The notes beneath the pieces are model-generated. The model had not been told where the DNA came from. It was given only the letters and a program-made list of their open reading frames with translations, and did no database searches. A DNA stretch of 64,000 nucleotides, from positions 98,086,001 through 98,150,000 of the forward strand of contig CM059432.1 of NCBI GenBank assembly GCA_030390025.1, written 5' to 3'. The DNA comes from Squalus acanthias. Lineage: Eukaryota. A program made the translations under genes and the position numbers. The stretch's first letter is position 1. Each line of letters opens with the position of its first letter. Shown here one piece after another: positions 1 through 12,765 of this stretch.

Positions 1-86
1 TTGGGAACGCAGCAGGTAACGCTCGACCGCCATTTTAACCCCCGCGCACAACGTTCCTGCTGGGAAGGCAGGGTTAAAATCAGGGC
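1..86. mobile_element. Right end of a Harbinger-type MITE (ATTTTAAC/GTTAAAAT family), cut by the window edge
   Basis: Ends in GGGTTAAAATCAGGGC, resembling the right TIR of the 16772-17135 MITE; internal CATTTTAACCCC motif. Confidence 0.5.
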
Positions 87-342
87 TCAGCTTTTAATGA
101 AGCCTGAACAAGCAAAAGATTTTTCCCTGCTAATTTACACGAATCCCGATTAGGATGGAAGCCTAAGTTAGAGCAGTGGTAGAAATGAATGGTCTTACTG
201 CTTTCTACAGGTCTTCCACTTCTGTTTATTCACATCTAATTCTTTTTCATCAAGGTTAACATCAGAAGGACAGTGCTAGGTGTTTGAAAACAAAAACGGA
301 CTCAAACCCTTCAATTTGTCATATTTGTAGGTTGGAGATCAA

Positions 343-1235
343 GGGGGAGAAATTCAGTATCGCCCCATTTGGGGCGCAATTATCGGCCGGGCGCAAAGAT
401 TAGCGCCTGGCGCTAATTATCGCCACCGACTGCAAACTTGGCTTTTATCGCCCCTGGAGGTGATTGGAGCGCTAAATCAAGCACTTCACACCTGTCTTAA
501 GGCGCAAAGGCCGAAGAGCGAGGCGCTACCTCAGAGTGCTGGCGAAGCTCATGTAATGTCAGTCAGCAATGGAACACACACACAATGGCACGGGCCAGTT
601 CTTAAAGGGGATGGTTAATCTCACTTTCCATCCACATCCTGCTCATTGCAGCCTTGAATCTCGGCCTGGAGAGACCTGCACATCAAATCTGCTGGAAAGA
701 ACAATGGAGAGTACCAGGCAAAGAGCTCAGAGTGCAGCCCCCACAGTCTCTTCTAAATCGATACAAGGAATGGCAAATCAAAATGAACCTGCAAAGTGCT
801 GCTCAGTACCCAAAACTCCTTCACACAACGTTGAATCTCTCCAGAAGTCTCTCCCTCTCTCTCTCAGAATGCGTAGTTCAAAAATGGCACCAACAATAAA
901 AGGCAGGATGCGGTCACCTTTAAATAGCACTCCCCCTTTCCCTTCCTGACTGCAGAACGCTCCCCTCAACCTGTCGTTGCTAGCGTCAGGCGGTAAGGCA
1001 GGGGGCGCCACTCAATATCCGCTCCGGGGCGATACTGGGGCGTTGCGCACTCGACTGACGTCATGATCTGCCGGCGCAGGAGATCGTGGTGGTAGTGTTT
1101 AGTGCCGCCGCAAAATGTCTAGTTAATTTCGCGAGCGGCGCAAACTTTGCCGCGCCTGGGCGCTGGATGCTTTGCGCCCCATTAGCGCCCTCTTAAGGCA
1201 CTAACGGGAGGCGCAACCAACTGAATTTTCCCCCC
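343..1235 (-). mobile_element. Non-autonomous internal-deletion derivative of the 12257-16517 Harbinger family
   Basis: TIRs GGGGGAGAAATTCAG / CTGAATTTTCCCCCC; 3-bp TSD CAA (340-342, 1236-1238). Both halves align in reverse to the two ends of 12257-16517 (shared HPAHCSLESRPGETC translation; MESTRQRAQ at 704 vs MERVRERAQ). Confidence 0.92.
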
Positions 1236-1720
1236 CAAGTGTTTTTTAGTATAAACTCTTTCCTGAATGTTGTTTTGCAGTGTGTTGTTACTATGTTTAA
1301 CTGGATACCACAGATGGCTTTTTTGGAGCCTGATCACTTCCACTTCATCATCTCCACAGCACCGAAAGCCTTAGTGTGGTTATTGGCTGGGTGGAACCTG
1401 ATTAATTTCACTTAGGTATTGCTGCTTCACTTGTGAGTACACTAGTAATTAAAGCTTTGAATGAGGACTGGAATAATAATGGTTGTTCATCATTTTGGAA
1501 AAGAGAAGCATGCACCAATGCTCAAGTAACCAAACGGCATGAAACAATAATACACATATTTTATCTGAATATGATAGCAGGTGCAGTGTCTTTTTGAATT
1601 AATATTGTCGGAAGACATAACTATCATCTAACTTTATGTCCCGTCTCCCTCAATGAAATCCTCGAAATATAGTGTACTGTGCTGTACAGTTTTATTTTCC
1701 TCTTAACATTGTGTCTGTAT

Positions 1721-2137
1721 CAGCTGTGGCTCAGTGATAGCGCACTCACCTCTGACTTGTGCCCATAATCTAAGTTGACATTTAAGTGCAGTACTGATGG
1801 AGTACTACATAGTCAGAGGTGCTGTCCTTTGGATGAGATGGATGTTAAACCAAAGCCCTGTCTGCCCTCTCAGGTTGATGTAAAAGATCCCATGGCACTA
1901 TTCAAAGAAGAGCTGGTGACTGGCCAACATTTATCCCTCAACCAACATCACTAAAACAGATTAACTGGTCATTATCACATTGCTGTTTGTGGGACCTTGC
2001 TGTGTACAATTTTGGCTGAGGCGTTTCCCACATTACAACAGTGACTACACTCCAAAAGTACTTCATTGCTGGTAAAGCACTTTGGGCTGTCCTGAGGCTG
2101 TAAAAGGTGTTGTATAAATGCAAGCCTTTCTTTCTTT
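1721..2137 (+). mobile_element. tRNA-derived DeuSINE (SacSINE1-like)
   Basis: A-box-like head TGGCTCAGTG; Deu-domain-like core (GGATGAGA...TAAACC...GTAAAAGATCCCATGGCACT); L2-like tail TATAAATGCAAG(CTTT)n; second copy at 52073. Confidence 0.85.
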
Positions 2138-2744
2138 GTGCTGTCATTTTATCAGAAAAATTAAGAATGAGCGCATTTTTGGATTCGATATTCTTCAAAA
2201 ACATCGAGCGAACTGAGATTGAGGAAGAAAGGTAGTTTTCCTGATAGAGATCACTGTAAATGAAGCATAAATGTAAGCTATCTCTTTTTTGGGGGAGAGA
2301 AGGATTTGTTTCAAGCCTGCAAAGATCAGGTCAACATACAAAATACAAAGTCATTCTTACAGGCTCTCACATTGGGCTTTCTTTGGTCACTGGGGAAAGC
2401 AATTGGACAATCAATATAAAAATTGGTAAAGGTCAGATGCAATGCAGTGCTCTCAAAAATGGCAAGAGTTCCTGTATACTACTGGATATATCAATCCAAG
2501 TGAGATACAAGAAAATAGTGGAAGCAATGAAGATTTAGGCTTCTATTCTGTTCTACCCAATTCTGCCTGATTTTGAAATACCTGTGTCATCTTCCCAATA
2601 TCTAAATTGGTGCTTTGAGTTTTTCCTTCTATTTCCTTGCAATTTCTTGCTTTTTCCCCACGTTTTCCTGACTGTATCCATAAGAAAAAATATGGAAAAC
2701 AAAGTTTTTATGATATTTTACTTAGAACTTAAATCGTACATGTC

Positions 2745-3016
2745 CATGGAACTCGGAGTAGGGACTGTGACCATAGACTGTGTCCCTGTTCTGATCTCTC
2801 TGGTGGGTCTGTCCTGTCCCACTGGCAAGACAGACTGACCAGAGGTGGCGGTACAGTGGTATACAGTCGGGACGGAGTGGCACTGGGAGTCCTCAACCTC
2901 CTGCTGATTACCACCTACCGCCCTTCCTCAGCTGATGAATCAGTACTCCTTCATGTTGAACACCACTTGGAAGAAGCACTGAGGGTAGCAAGGGCACAGA
3001 ATGTGGGTGGGGGACC
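2745..3016. mobile_element. Rearranged fragment of the LINE family at 32075/37165 (endonuclease region)
   Basis: Translates to YSRDGVALGV...ITTYRPSSADESVLLHVEHHLEEALRVARAQNV, matching 37480-37690; the first ~45 bp appear inverted. Confidence 0.8.
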
Positions 3017-3209
3017 TACACACATAATACAGACACACACACTTGCACCACACCTTCCACACCCCGCCCCCCACACACAACACACACACCACAGACAGAT
3101 GCACACAATTACACACACTTACACACACAATTACACAATTACACACACATAATTACACACACACACAATTACACACACATATTTCCATGCACACAATTCC
3201 ACACACACT
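3017..3209. repeat. CA-rich simple repeat (ACACACAATT-like units)
   Basis: Seen directly. Confidence 0.9.
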
Positions 3210-5312
3210 GAAGCAGCAGCTGGCAGGTAAATCATGTCCCTAGTTAAATGAAGCACTCGTTAAATTGCAGCAACTTGGCCAGCACCTGCCGTGGCAGAAG
3301 GGAAATGGACGGGGAAAATGAAGGCAAACATGTACAGGGGAACATTTTGTCATTCTTTCCATGATCTATAATCCTTTCTTTTTTTAAAGGAACTGGGTAA
3401 CTCCAATTTGGCCACGTGAACTGGATAAATTCATCTGTTTATTTACTCAGAACCAATCCAATGTGGACCACTTCAGAAATTCTCATCTGCTCATCCTTAT
3501 TCAGCAGTAAGTACTTTTGGAATGGATTATCAAACCAAAACTGGCAAGGAATAGATTTTATTTAACTTGCCAACAAATGTTAATGGAATTTTTAATTAAG
3601 GGAATAAATCTGGGAAATTATAAAGGTGTAGCAGAGGCGGAAAGAGCATAAAGAAGTAAAAGTATGAAAATAAAAAATGCTGAAAGTACCCAGCAGTTGA
3701 AAATAAAAACCGTGTTAACCTTTTGGATGGATACCCTTCATTAGGACCAGCTGAAAGACTGGAGATAGATTACAACAGCAACAACTTGCATTTGTACAGC
3801 ACCTTTAACATAGTAAAAGGTTCCAAGGTGCTTCACAGGATCAGAATCAGACAAAAATTGACACAAAACTAAAGAATGAGACATTAGGACAGATGACCAA
3901 AAGCTTGATACCACCAGCTTTTTATTTCCAGATTTGTAAACAGAAGTCAAATTCTCAAACTGGCATGGTAGGATTTAATCTCACATTATCTGGGTTATTT
4001 GTCCCGATTTCTGGATTACTTGCCCAATAACACAACCACTACATTACCAGAGGAACCCAGGCCCTACACTTACATCGGCATTTACATGTCACAGTGGGGG
4101 TAGAGGCAGCCAGGAGCAGACCTAGCGGGAGGTGGACGAAAATCCAGGTTGGGGTAGTGAGATGCCGATAGGTCTCACTACCAGGTTTTACCTCATTCCC
4201 TGCTGTTATCCTGCGCTATTTCAGACAGAATCACAGAGAAGGATCTAACTCTCTATTTTAATAAGCCAAGGATTGATGACGTGTTTACACAATGACCGGG
4301 GACAATGGTTAATTTGTAATCTTGTCTCAAGTTTGCTAAAAACATTCATACGTATTATCTTTAGGATGAACTATTCATTTGAGCCCAACATGGGGTGTCT
4401 GCCAAGAATCCAATCTTGTGGTGATCAAATACTCAGTTTCATTGACAGGCTGACTGGTGAATCTGAACAGGGAAGAAGTTGGAGGGATAGCCTCAAGAAA
4501 TTTCTTGTGGTCAGAAGTAACAAAACGAGCAGGAAAACCCATGTTGAAGGTCAGTCAGTCAGATAGTTGGCTGAGAGAAAAGTAAGAAAGACCGAGACAA
4601 TTTATTGTAAGTCTAGTGTCGACGAAGCCTTTGTAAGCCTTGGTCTGTTTCAATGTTAGAGTGACCATAGCAAGTATTAGTCAGCCCACTAACCCAAGGC
4701 AAGGCTGTATGGTTTATTATTTGGCTTATTCACAAAGAGGGGATTGAATTTAAGTGAAGTAAGTGAGTTGTTATTGTAACTGTCACTCTACATTCATTTG
4801 CTGAATGGCAATCAGAACACCTTCTGGCCTTTTCTCCCTAAAATGTCATCAGCCCACCTCTGAAAGACTGGAAAAGTACATGTGAGGGCACAAGTGAAAG
4901 GCACAATATCCAGTTCGGATGACAAAGGGGTCCTATTGTTATGATTCTGGCTTAGGCTATTGTATAGTTAGATATTGGGTATAATGGGATGATTCTTGAA
5001 AGAGGCAGGGACTAGTTTTGGGAATGACTAGTGTGACTGAACGCAGGAGAGTAAGAAAGGGAGACACAAAAAATGGAACAATCTTTGTAGCAACACTAAT
5101 TTCAGGCCAAGCCAATGGATTGGTCACATGCCAACTTTATATAGATGAGGTGTGTGCTGAGGGGTGGAGCTTGCCTGAAGAATGGAAAATTTGAGGCCCT
5201 ATTTTAACACTGCCCATCTGGTGCGAACAGGGTGGACGGGGAGTTAAAATGCAGCCAGGCGCTACCCACTGCATTCCTGATGTATTCGTGCCTGCCATCA
5301 TTTTAACTCCTA

Positions 5313-5948
5313 GGCCTAAAAATTCGGTTGATTTGCGCCTCCCGTTAGCGCCCTAAGAGGGTGCTAACGGGGCACAAAGCAACTAGCGCCTGGGCGCGGC
5401 GCTGCCAACGCCTCCCGTGAAATTCAGCGGGAGGTTAGCGGCGGCGGTAACTGTTAGCTCCCCACGGCGCTGCGCCCCGGCCGCGATCTTTGATAGCGCC
5501 CCCTGACTTACCACCATTGCTATGTCCGACAGGGTCAGGGGGGCCTACCTGCGGCTGGGGCGGCGCAAATTAAAGGAGAGGTGCCAGGCGGCCATTTTTG
5601 TTGCTGGCCACCTGCCAGCACCTGCCCCCGTTGCCATCCCCGGCCTCCTGTGAAGCCCCGCTGCGGAGTGCCGGCTGCTCTCCGTGAGCCCAGCACTTCT
5701 CTTGAGTGCCGGGCTCTTTTGCCGGCACTCCGATCCCTGGTGGCCTGCAGTACCGCAGCACATAGCGCCACGATATTCATTCACAGTACCTCAAGTGGGA
5801 GGCGGGGCTCTTCCAGTAGCACCCCGCCTCCCGCTTGGGGCGCTACCGGTGAACTTCGGGCGCGGGGGTGCTAACTTTTTCGAGGTGCTAAAAGTAGTGC
5901 CCCAGCAAAGTTAGCGCCCCAAAGGGGGCGCGACCCAATTTTTCCCCC
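5313..5948. mobile_element. GC-rich Harbinger MITE, same family as 9323-10074 (opposite orientation), nested in an older ATTTTAAC-family element
   Basis: Imperfect TIRs GGCCTAAAAATTCGG / CCCAATTTTTCCCCC; many TAGCGCC subterminal motifs; TSD not preserved. The host element probably spans ~5193-7490. Confidence 0.75.
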
Positions 5949-5984
5949 GATAGCCTCATTAATATTGAAATGTCACAGTCCAAT

Positions 5985-7095
5985 GATGTTAGGTTTTGCC
6001 TCAGTTTCCAGTTCTGCCTCATTTTCTGATGCTTCTCTTCCCGCTCCCGCATTTTTACTTCTGGTGTCTCCCAAGGATCTATCCTTGGCTCCCTCCTATT
6101 TCTCATCTACATGTTGTCCCTTGGCGACATCATCCAAAAACACAGCATCAGTTTCTATATGTACGCTGACAACACCCAGCTCTACCTCATTACCACTTCT
6201 CTCGACCCCTTCACGGTCTTTAAATTGTCAGACTGCTTGTCCGACATCCAGTTCTGGATGAGCAGAAATTTTCTCCAATTAAATATTGGGAAGACTGAAG
6301 CCATTATTTTCTGTTCCTTAGCCACTGACTCCATCCCTCTCCCTAACATCTGTCTGAGGCTGAACCACGCTGTTCACGACCTTGGTGTCATATTTGACCC
6401 TAAAATGAGCTTCCGACCACATAGCCGCAGCATAACTAAGACCACCTATTTCCACCTCTGTAACATTGCCCGTCTCCGCCCTTGCCTCAGCTCATCCACT
6501 GCTGAAACCCTCATCCATGCCTTTGTTACCTCTAGACTTGACTATTCCAACGCACTGCTGGCTGGCCTCCCACATTCTACCCTACATAAACTTGAGGTGA
6601 TCCAAAACTCGGCTGCCCGTGTCCTAACTCGTGCCAAGTCCATTCACCCATCACCCCTGTGCTCGCCGACCTACATTGGCTACCGGTTAAGCAGCGCCTC
6701 GATTTCAAAATTCTCATCCTTGTTTTCAAATCCCTCCATGGCCTCGCCCCTCCCTATCTCTGTAATCTCCTTCAGCCCCACAATCCCCTGAGATATCTGC
6801 GCTCCTCTAATTCTGCCCTCCTGAGCATCCCTGATTATAGTCGCTCAAGCATTGGTGGCCATGCCTTCTGTTGCCTAAGCCCTAAGCTCTGGAATTCCCT
6901 GCCTAAACCTCTCCGCCTCGCTACCTCTCTTTCCTCCTTTAAGACGTTCTTTGACCAAGCATTTGGTCATCTGCCCTAATTTCTCCTTATGTGGCTCGGT
7001 GTCAAATTTTTTGTCTTTTAATACTCCTGTGAAGTGCCTTGGGACGTTTAACTATGTTAAAGGGACTATATAAATACAAGTTGTTGTTGTTGTTG
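5985..7095 (+). mobile_element. 5'-truncated L2-clade LINE (RT C-terminal part plus 3' tail)
   Basis: YADNTQLY (YADD variant), NFLQLNIGKTE, DLGVIFD, HAFVTSRLDYSN, LHWLPV motifs; frameshifted; tail TATATAAATACAA(GTT)n. Confidence 0.92.
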
Positions 7096-8486
7096 TGGGA
7101 TCAACTCCAGGAGAGGCACAGGTAAGTTTGATTTTTTTACTTAGTCTAGGAGGAGCAGACGTGCTCCTCCAAGCCCAAGAAGGAAAAGTTTGGCCTCCCC
7201 TGCCCTGGGCTTCCCTCCCGCTTCCCCGACCTCGATCACCTCAGTTCCCACTTGTCCCGTGTCCGGGACCATTCCTGAGGGTCCCGTCGGCAGCCTCCTA
7301 ATGCCCGAAATCCAGCCCTCGCACACCGGGCTCCTTGTCATTCCGACCAGGTTTGGGTGGAAGTCCGTCCTGGAAGATGATAATGAGGCCCAGGAGTTAA
7401 AATTGCCCAGGCCTCCCGTCGATGACTTCTTGGAGGTTCTCCCGCTGAGGCCCACCGCACTTCCCCTCCCCCCAGGTTAAAATTGTGGTTTTAATGTGGG
7501 AACTGATTTGCATAATTTTCCTGTTGAATTGAGGCTTGCACTGCCCACCAATGCAGCCTCCATTTGACAAACCATTTGGTTCCTCACACTTCAGATTACC
7601 TGACCCACGTTCACCACCACTTCCGATGGAGTCTCACTAAATCCGGGCTGCAATGTATTTTACAACCGGTCCTGGAACTAGATCTGCGAGCCAGTATTAG
7701 CTTCATCTGGGAAAATATGACTTTGAAACTAGTTCAGTATTTTCCTATATTATGCGATTGATGCAGATTCTGACACCAATTGCATTGCACCTATTCCCAA
7801 CATTGACATTTCAGAACAAATTCAAATGTCTGGCTATAAAAGGATTGTACTGCAGCCTCCGGTGAGAGGAAGTTTTGAATTAAGTCTGTAAAATTTGATC
7901 AGATGTGTTTATGGGATATTGAGCTGGCACCATGCTGCTCATGGAGAGACAGATGGACACACTGATAGCAACACATAATAAATCTTCTGGCTTTGGAAGG
8001 TAGACTGTTAAAATCAATAGTGGCATATGATCCAAGTACTGAATTTGGATGCAAATCATAGTCGCTCGGTAGAAATAGAAATCTGAATTTCCTTTTATTT
8101 CAAAGTTAACAGTTTGCCTGTATAGTAATGAAAAACCCAGCAGACAACATACAAACAGAATGCTTGAGAAATGAGTCAAAAATGAATAAGGAAGAAGTAG
8201 CTTCATCCCCCACATTTCCCCTAAATCTATCATTAGTTTCAGGAATATGGCAGCAGTGATTCTGCACTCTGGTATTTCCAGCGGGGAGCAGTATCCCATC
8301 GGGTAGTGCATCCCAAGGAACAAGCTGAAGATTTTGCATCCATTAATTGGAATGGTTGGAAAATAACCAACAGTGTGCCTGTGATTTCCCAAGATACACC
8401 CTCTATTACCTGCTGGGAACACCAGATCATGGAGTCATTCCTTGAGTGCAAACTTCCAAGATCCCATCCGAGGAAGAGGAAGAAGA

Positions 8487-10320
8487 AGAACAACAACATG
8501 CATTTATATGGTGCTGTAACACAGAAAAACATCCCAAAGCACTTCACAGAAACATAAGGGAAAAAAGAGAAACCAAGCCAAAGAAGAACATGTTAGGAGG
8601 AGTGACCAAAAGCTTGGTCAAAGAGCGGGTCTTAAAGAAGGTCTTAAAGGAGGAGAGGGAAGGTTTTAGAGGGGGAAATTCCAAGCTTAGGTCTTAGGTG
8701 ACTGAAGGCATGGCTGCCAATAGTAGAGTGAAGAGAGCAGGGATGCATAAGAGGCTGATTCAAAGGAATGGAGAGTTTGTGTTGGGGAGGGGGTGAGAGG
8801 GGCTGTAGCACTGAAGAAGATCATAGAGATAGGGAAGGAATTAAATACAACTTCTAAGTGATGGCATTGGGAGACCAGACACCAATGTAGGTCAACAAGG
8901 ATGGGGTGATGGGTGAAAGGAACTTGGTGTAGGATAGGATATGGGCTGCAGAGCTTTGGGTGAGCTAAGGTTTACAAAGAATGGAGAATGGAAGGATGCT
9001 GGGGAGAACATTGAATAACCAAGTCTAGAGATGGCAAAGACATGGATGAGATTTTCAGTGGCAGGTGAACTGAAGTATGGGGAGAGGTGGGCCATGTTAG
9101 AAGTAGGCAGTCTTTATGATGGAGTGCATAAGAGGGTCAGAAGCTCAGCTCGGAGTTGAATAGGCTGCTGACGTTGTGAACAGCCTGGTTTAGCCTGAGA
9201 TAAAGTTGAGATGGGGAATTGAGTTGGTGGCACAGGTATAAAGTTTGTGGTGGGGGCCAGAAACTACTGCTTCAGTGATCCCAATGTTTAGTTGGAGGTA
9301 ATTATGACGCATACAAAACTGAGGGGGAAAAATTAGTTAGCGACCATTTTGGGTCGCTAACATCGCCTGGGCACTAAATTTAGCACCCAGTGAAAAATAG
9401 CTCCGGCAATCACTAACTTCAGTTTTAGCACCCCAAGAGGGAGGTGGAGCACTAATTCAAGCGCTCCACTTCCTTCTTAGAGCGTTAACCCAGAGTATTG
9501 GCATGGTGCCTTCTGCAGCGCTACGCACTGGGCCACGTAACGCTGCCCTATAGAAGGGCTCTTCCCCTCATTAAAGGGGAGGGCCCAAGCCCACAACTCT
9601 GTGGGGCCCTACCTGGACCACCGGGGAGTGGGGTGCCGTGTCAACAGCCTGGCACTCAAGAGGAGTGCCAGGCTGCCAGATCGCGGCATGGACCCCGCGT
9701 TCAAAGACGTAACGGGCCGCGACAAGTAAGTTGGCCGATTCTTTTTTCCCCGCCCGCCACCTCCCCTATAGTTAGCGCCCTGCAAGCCTCCTACCGCTCC
9801 GTTTCAGCCCCCTGAATCGGTTGCTGTTATTGCCCGGCGCAGATTCAGCGGGCGCGGGACAATTTCGCAGGTGGGGCGAAAACGGGGCACTGCTCATGGT
9901 GATGACGTCGTCATCGCCTACGCAGTAGAGCGGGGTGCTACTGGTTACTGCCACCGCTAAACGCCCGCTGAATTTAGCGAGAGTCGCTAGCAGCGCCGCT
10001 CCTGGGCAAAAAGTGGTTTACGCCTGGTTAGTGCCCCCCTAACGTGAGGCGCAAATGCACCGAATTTCTAACCCTGAATGTCAGACAAACAGTTTGACAG
10101 CACAGAAAAAGTGGAGGGATTGAGAGAGGTGGCAGAGAGGTAAAGTTGGCATTAATTTTCATGTGGAAGCTGACCTCCATGTTTGTGGATGATGTCAACA
10201 AAGGGCAGCATATAGATGAGAAAGTGGAGAAGGCAAGGATTGATCCATGGGAAATAACTCAGGTGCTTGTGCAAGGGTGAGAAAAGATACCATTGAGATA
10301 GAGATACTCTGGCTATTATC
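8487..10320 (-). mobile_element. Decayed L2 LINE interrupted by the 9323 MITE
   Basis: Reverse-complement tail CAACAACATGCATTTATAT at ~8491; ENLIHVFAISRLGYS remnant on the minus strand. Confidence 0.75.
9323..10074. mobile_element. Harbinger MITE
   Basis: TIRs GGGGGAAAAATT / AATTTCTAACCC; TSD TGA (9320-9322, 10075-10077); homologous to 5313-5948. Confidence 0.88.
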
Positions 10321-11614
10321 ACACAGCCAAGAGTGGAGCCAAGTTACCAGTTCTGGTGTTGGACCCTGAATTGCTTATTTAAACAGCCTTATCAGGCAGG
10401 CAGGCTACTGACAAATTTGCAGGCCCACCTGAATATGGCATCAGGTGGGTCTTGGGCACCAAAGAGAATGGTGCCTCCTTCGTTTTCCAACTGCTGCTTT
10501 CCGTTTTTCAGGCGCAAACCAACAGCTGTGAGTTGAATTTCTCCCCTGCTGTCTTTCATTTAAAAAGGGAAGGAGGATATGAATAACCTTCTTGCTGCAT
10601 TAAGCTGGGGACACAATGAAATTCTTTCATTCTATAACTATGGTTCCAGTTTGAGAATAATCAATTTCACAGTGTGGTGGGTTGAAGGAATACTCTGGAG
10701 TCATTACTTTGGCACACAACACATACAATAATCAAACATTCATCACTGTGAAAAAGATCTGAAAACGAAGAATATAAAAGATTGCTCAAGCATAGCTAGC
10801 TGGTGCGACCAGTAGGCTGTGGTTCAAAGCAATACTTTCAGCAGAATAAATCGATTTGATTTTCTTCTTTATCTGATGATGGTAGGCTCATCCCTATTTG
10901 TCTGACATGTGTATGTGCTATGTGCCCCAATTTTTATCCCTTGTCAGGTTGAAAAGTAATGGACTTCCACTTCATATTAACTTTGAAGAGTAAGTCTTGT
11001 CACCCGTGTCACATAGTACAACAAATACAAAGAAATGAATTACTGGTCACTTATTACTACCATATTGTACTGTGTTAACGGGGCCTGGTTCTACAACAAC
11101 AACAACTTGTAATTATATAGCGCCTTTCACATATTAAAACATCCCAAGGTGCTTCACAGGAGTGTACAATGTTTATATAGATAGCTTGAGCTACAAAATG
11201 TTAAAGTTTTTACCAGAGCAGATCTTTTATGGAATGGAGATAAATATCATTATCCATAAATATGGCTGTTCACAAACATTTATAAGATTGTTTTTAAGTC
11301 TTGAAGTTTCAAATACCATTTTGTCTTTCAATAAGAAGGTTTTCTTGTCAATCCCAATTACTGTCATAAATCAATTAGTTATGAAATCACAAATGCACTG
11401 GAGAAAAATATAAAATCAAGCCAGAAAACCTATAATTTAGATAAAGTTTGAAATATTCAGATTCATGTACTCAAAAAAAAATTCTTAGAAATTTACAGCT
11501 TTACTTTGTTGTAATTCTCCTCCATAATATTTAAGATTCATTTCTCATACATTGTGGGTAATTAAGTAATAAAAATAGAATAAAAAATTACAAAAAAACA
11601 ACTTATCTGGAAAG

Positions 11615-12015
11615 ATTAAACAGGCTGGGGCTCTTTTTTTCTAGAAAAGAGAAGGCTTAGAGGTGACCAGATAGAGGTCTTTAAAATTATGAGGGGGTTC
11701 GATAGAGTAAACATAGAGAAGATGTGGGGGAGTCCAAAAATAGGGGCCATAAATATAAGATAGTCACTAATAAATCCAATAAGGAATTCAGGTGAAGCTT
11801 CTTTGGAACTCGCTACCACATGGAGTGGTTAAGGTGAATAGCATAGATGCATTTAAGGGGAAGCTAGATAAGTACATGAGGGAGAAAGGATTAGAAGGCT
11901 ATGTTGATAGGGTTAGATGACGCAAGGTAGGAGGAGGCTCGTGTGGAGCATAAACACCAACATTGACCAGTTGGGCCGAATGGCCAGTTTCTGTGCTGTA
12001 ATATTCTATGTAATT
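11615..12015 (+). mobile_element. CR1 LINE 3' fragment
   Basis: LEKRRLRGD..EVFKIMRGFDRV translation and the CR1 3' UTR shared with 27480-27870 and 57128-57400. Confidence 0.8.
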
Positions 12016-12765
12016 CAAGAAAAAGAGGAAATTCTTTACTCAAAGGATCAATTTGGACAGAGAATAGTGCGTTGCTCTCACATGCTAGCAATGTGTCAGA
12101 CTGTTGCTAGGATTCAAACCCATAACCTGCTGCTTCAACCCACTATTGTTAATTTGTATGCAGACATTCATGGCTTGCATTAACTGAGTGTGCGTGATGT
12201 AAGATTTGCCTGCTGGGCTCATTAGCAGTTTCTGATTACATAGTGTAAAACTTAATGGGGTAAAAATTCAGTTGGTTGCGCCTCTCGTTAGCGCCTTAAG
12301 AGGGCGCTAATGGGCGCAAAGCCGCTAGCACCTGGGCGCAGCGATGTTTGCGCCGCTCGGGAACTTAACTAGACATTGTGCGGCGGCGCTAAACCTTACC
12401 GCTGCGACCACCTGCGCGCGCAGATTGTGACGTCATTCCATGGTGCAACGCCCTTGTGGCGCCCGGAGCGGAAATTGAGTGGCGCCCCCTGCCTTACCGC
12501 CTGGCGCATCCAACGACCGGAAGACTGGAACGCTATCAATCACTGTGGGGCTGGGGGGGGCGCTATTTAAAGGGGGCCTCTTCCTGTCTTTTTCTGTGGT
12601 TGACATTTTTGCACTACTCGTTCTGAGAGAGAGAGAGAGATTCGGAGAGAGAGAAAGAGAGACTTCTGCATTGAGTCAACGCTTTGTGAGGTAGTTTTGC
12701 CTACTGATCCTAACTTCGCTGCTACTTTGGTTGCTGTCCTTCATAACTTTGCTTGCAAAGAGACT

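Noticed and set aside
7880..8557. Overlapping ORFs of 77-180 aa
   Set aside because: No motifs or splice support; likely chance or very old repeat
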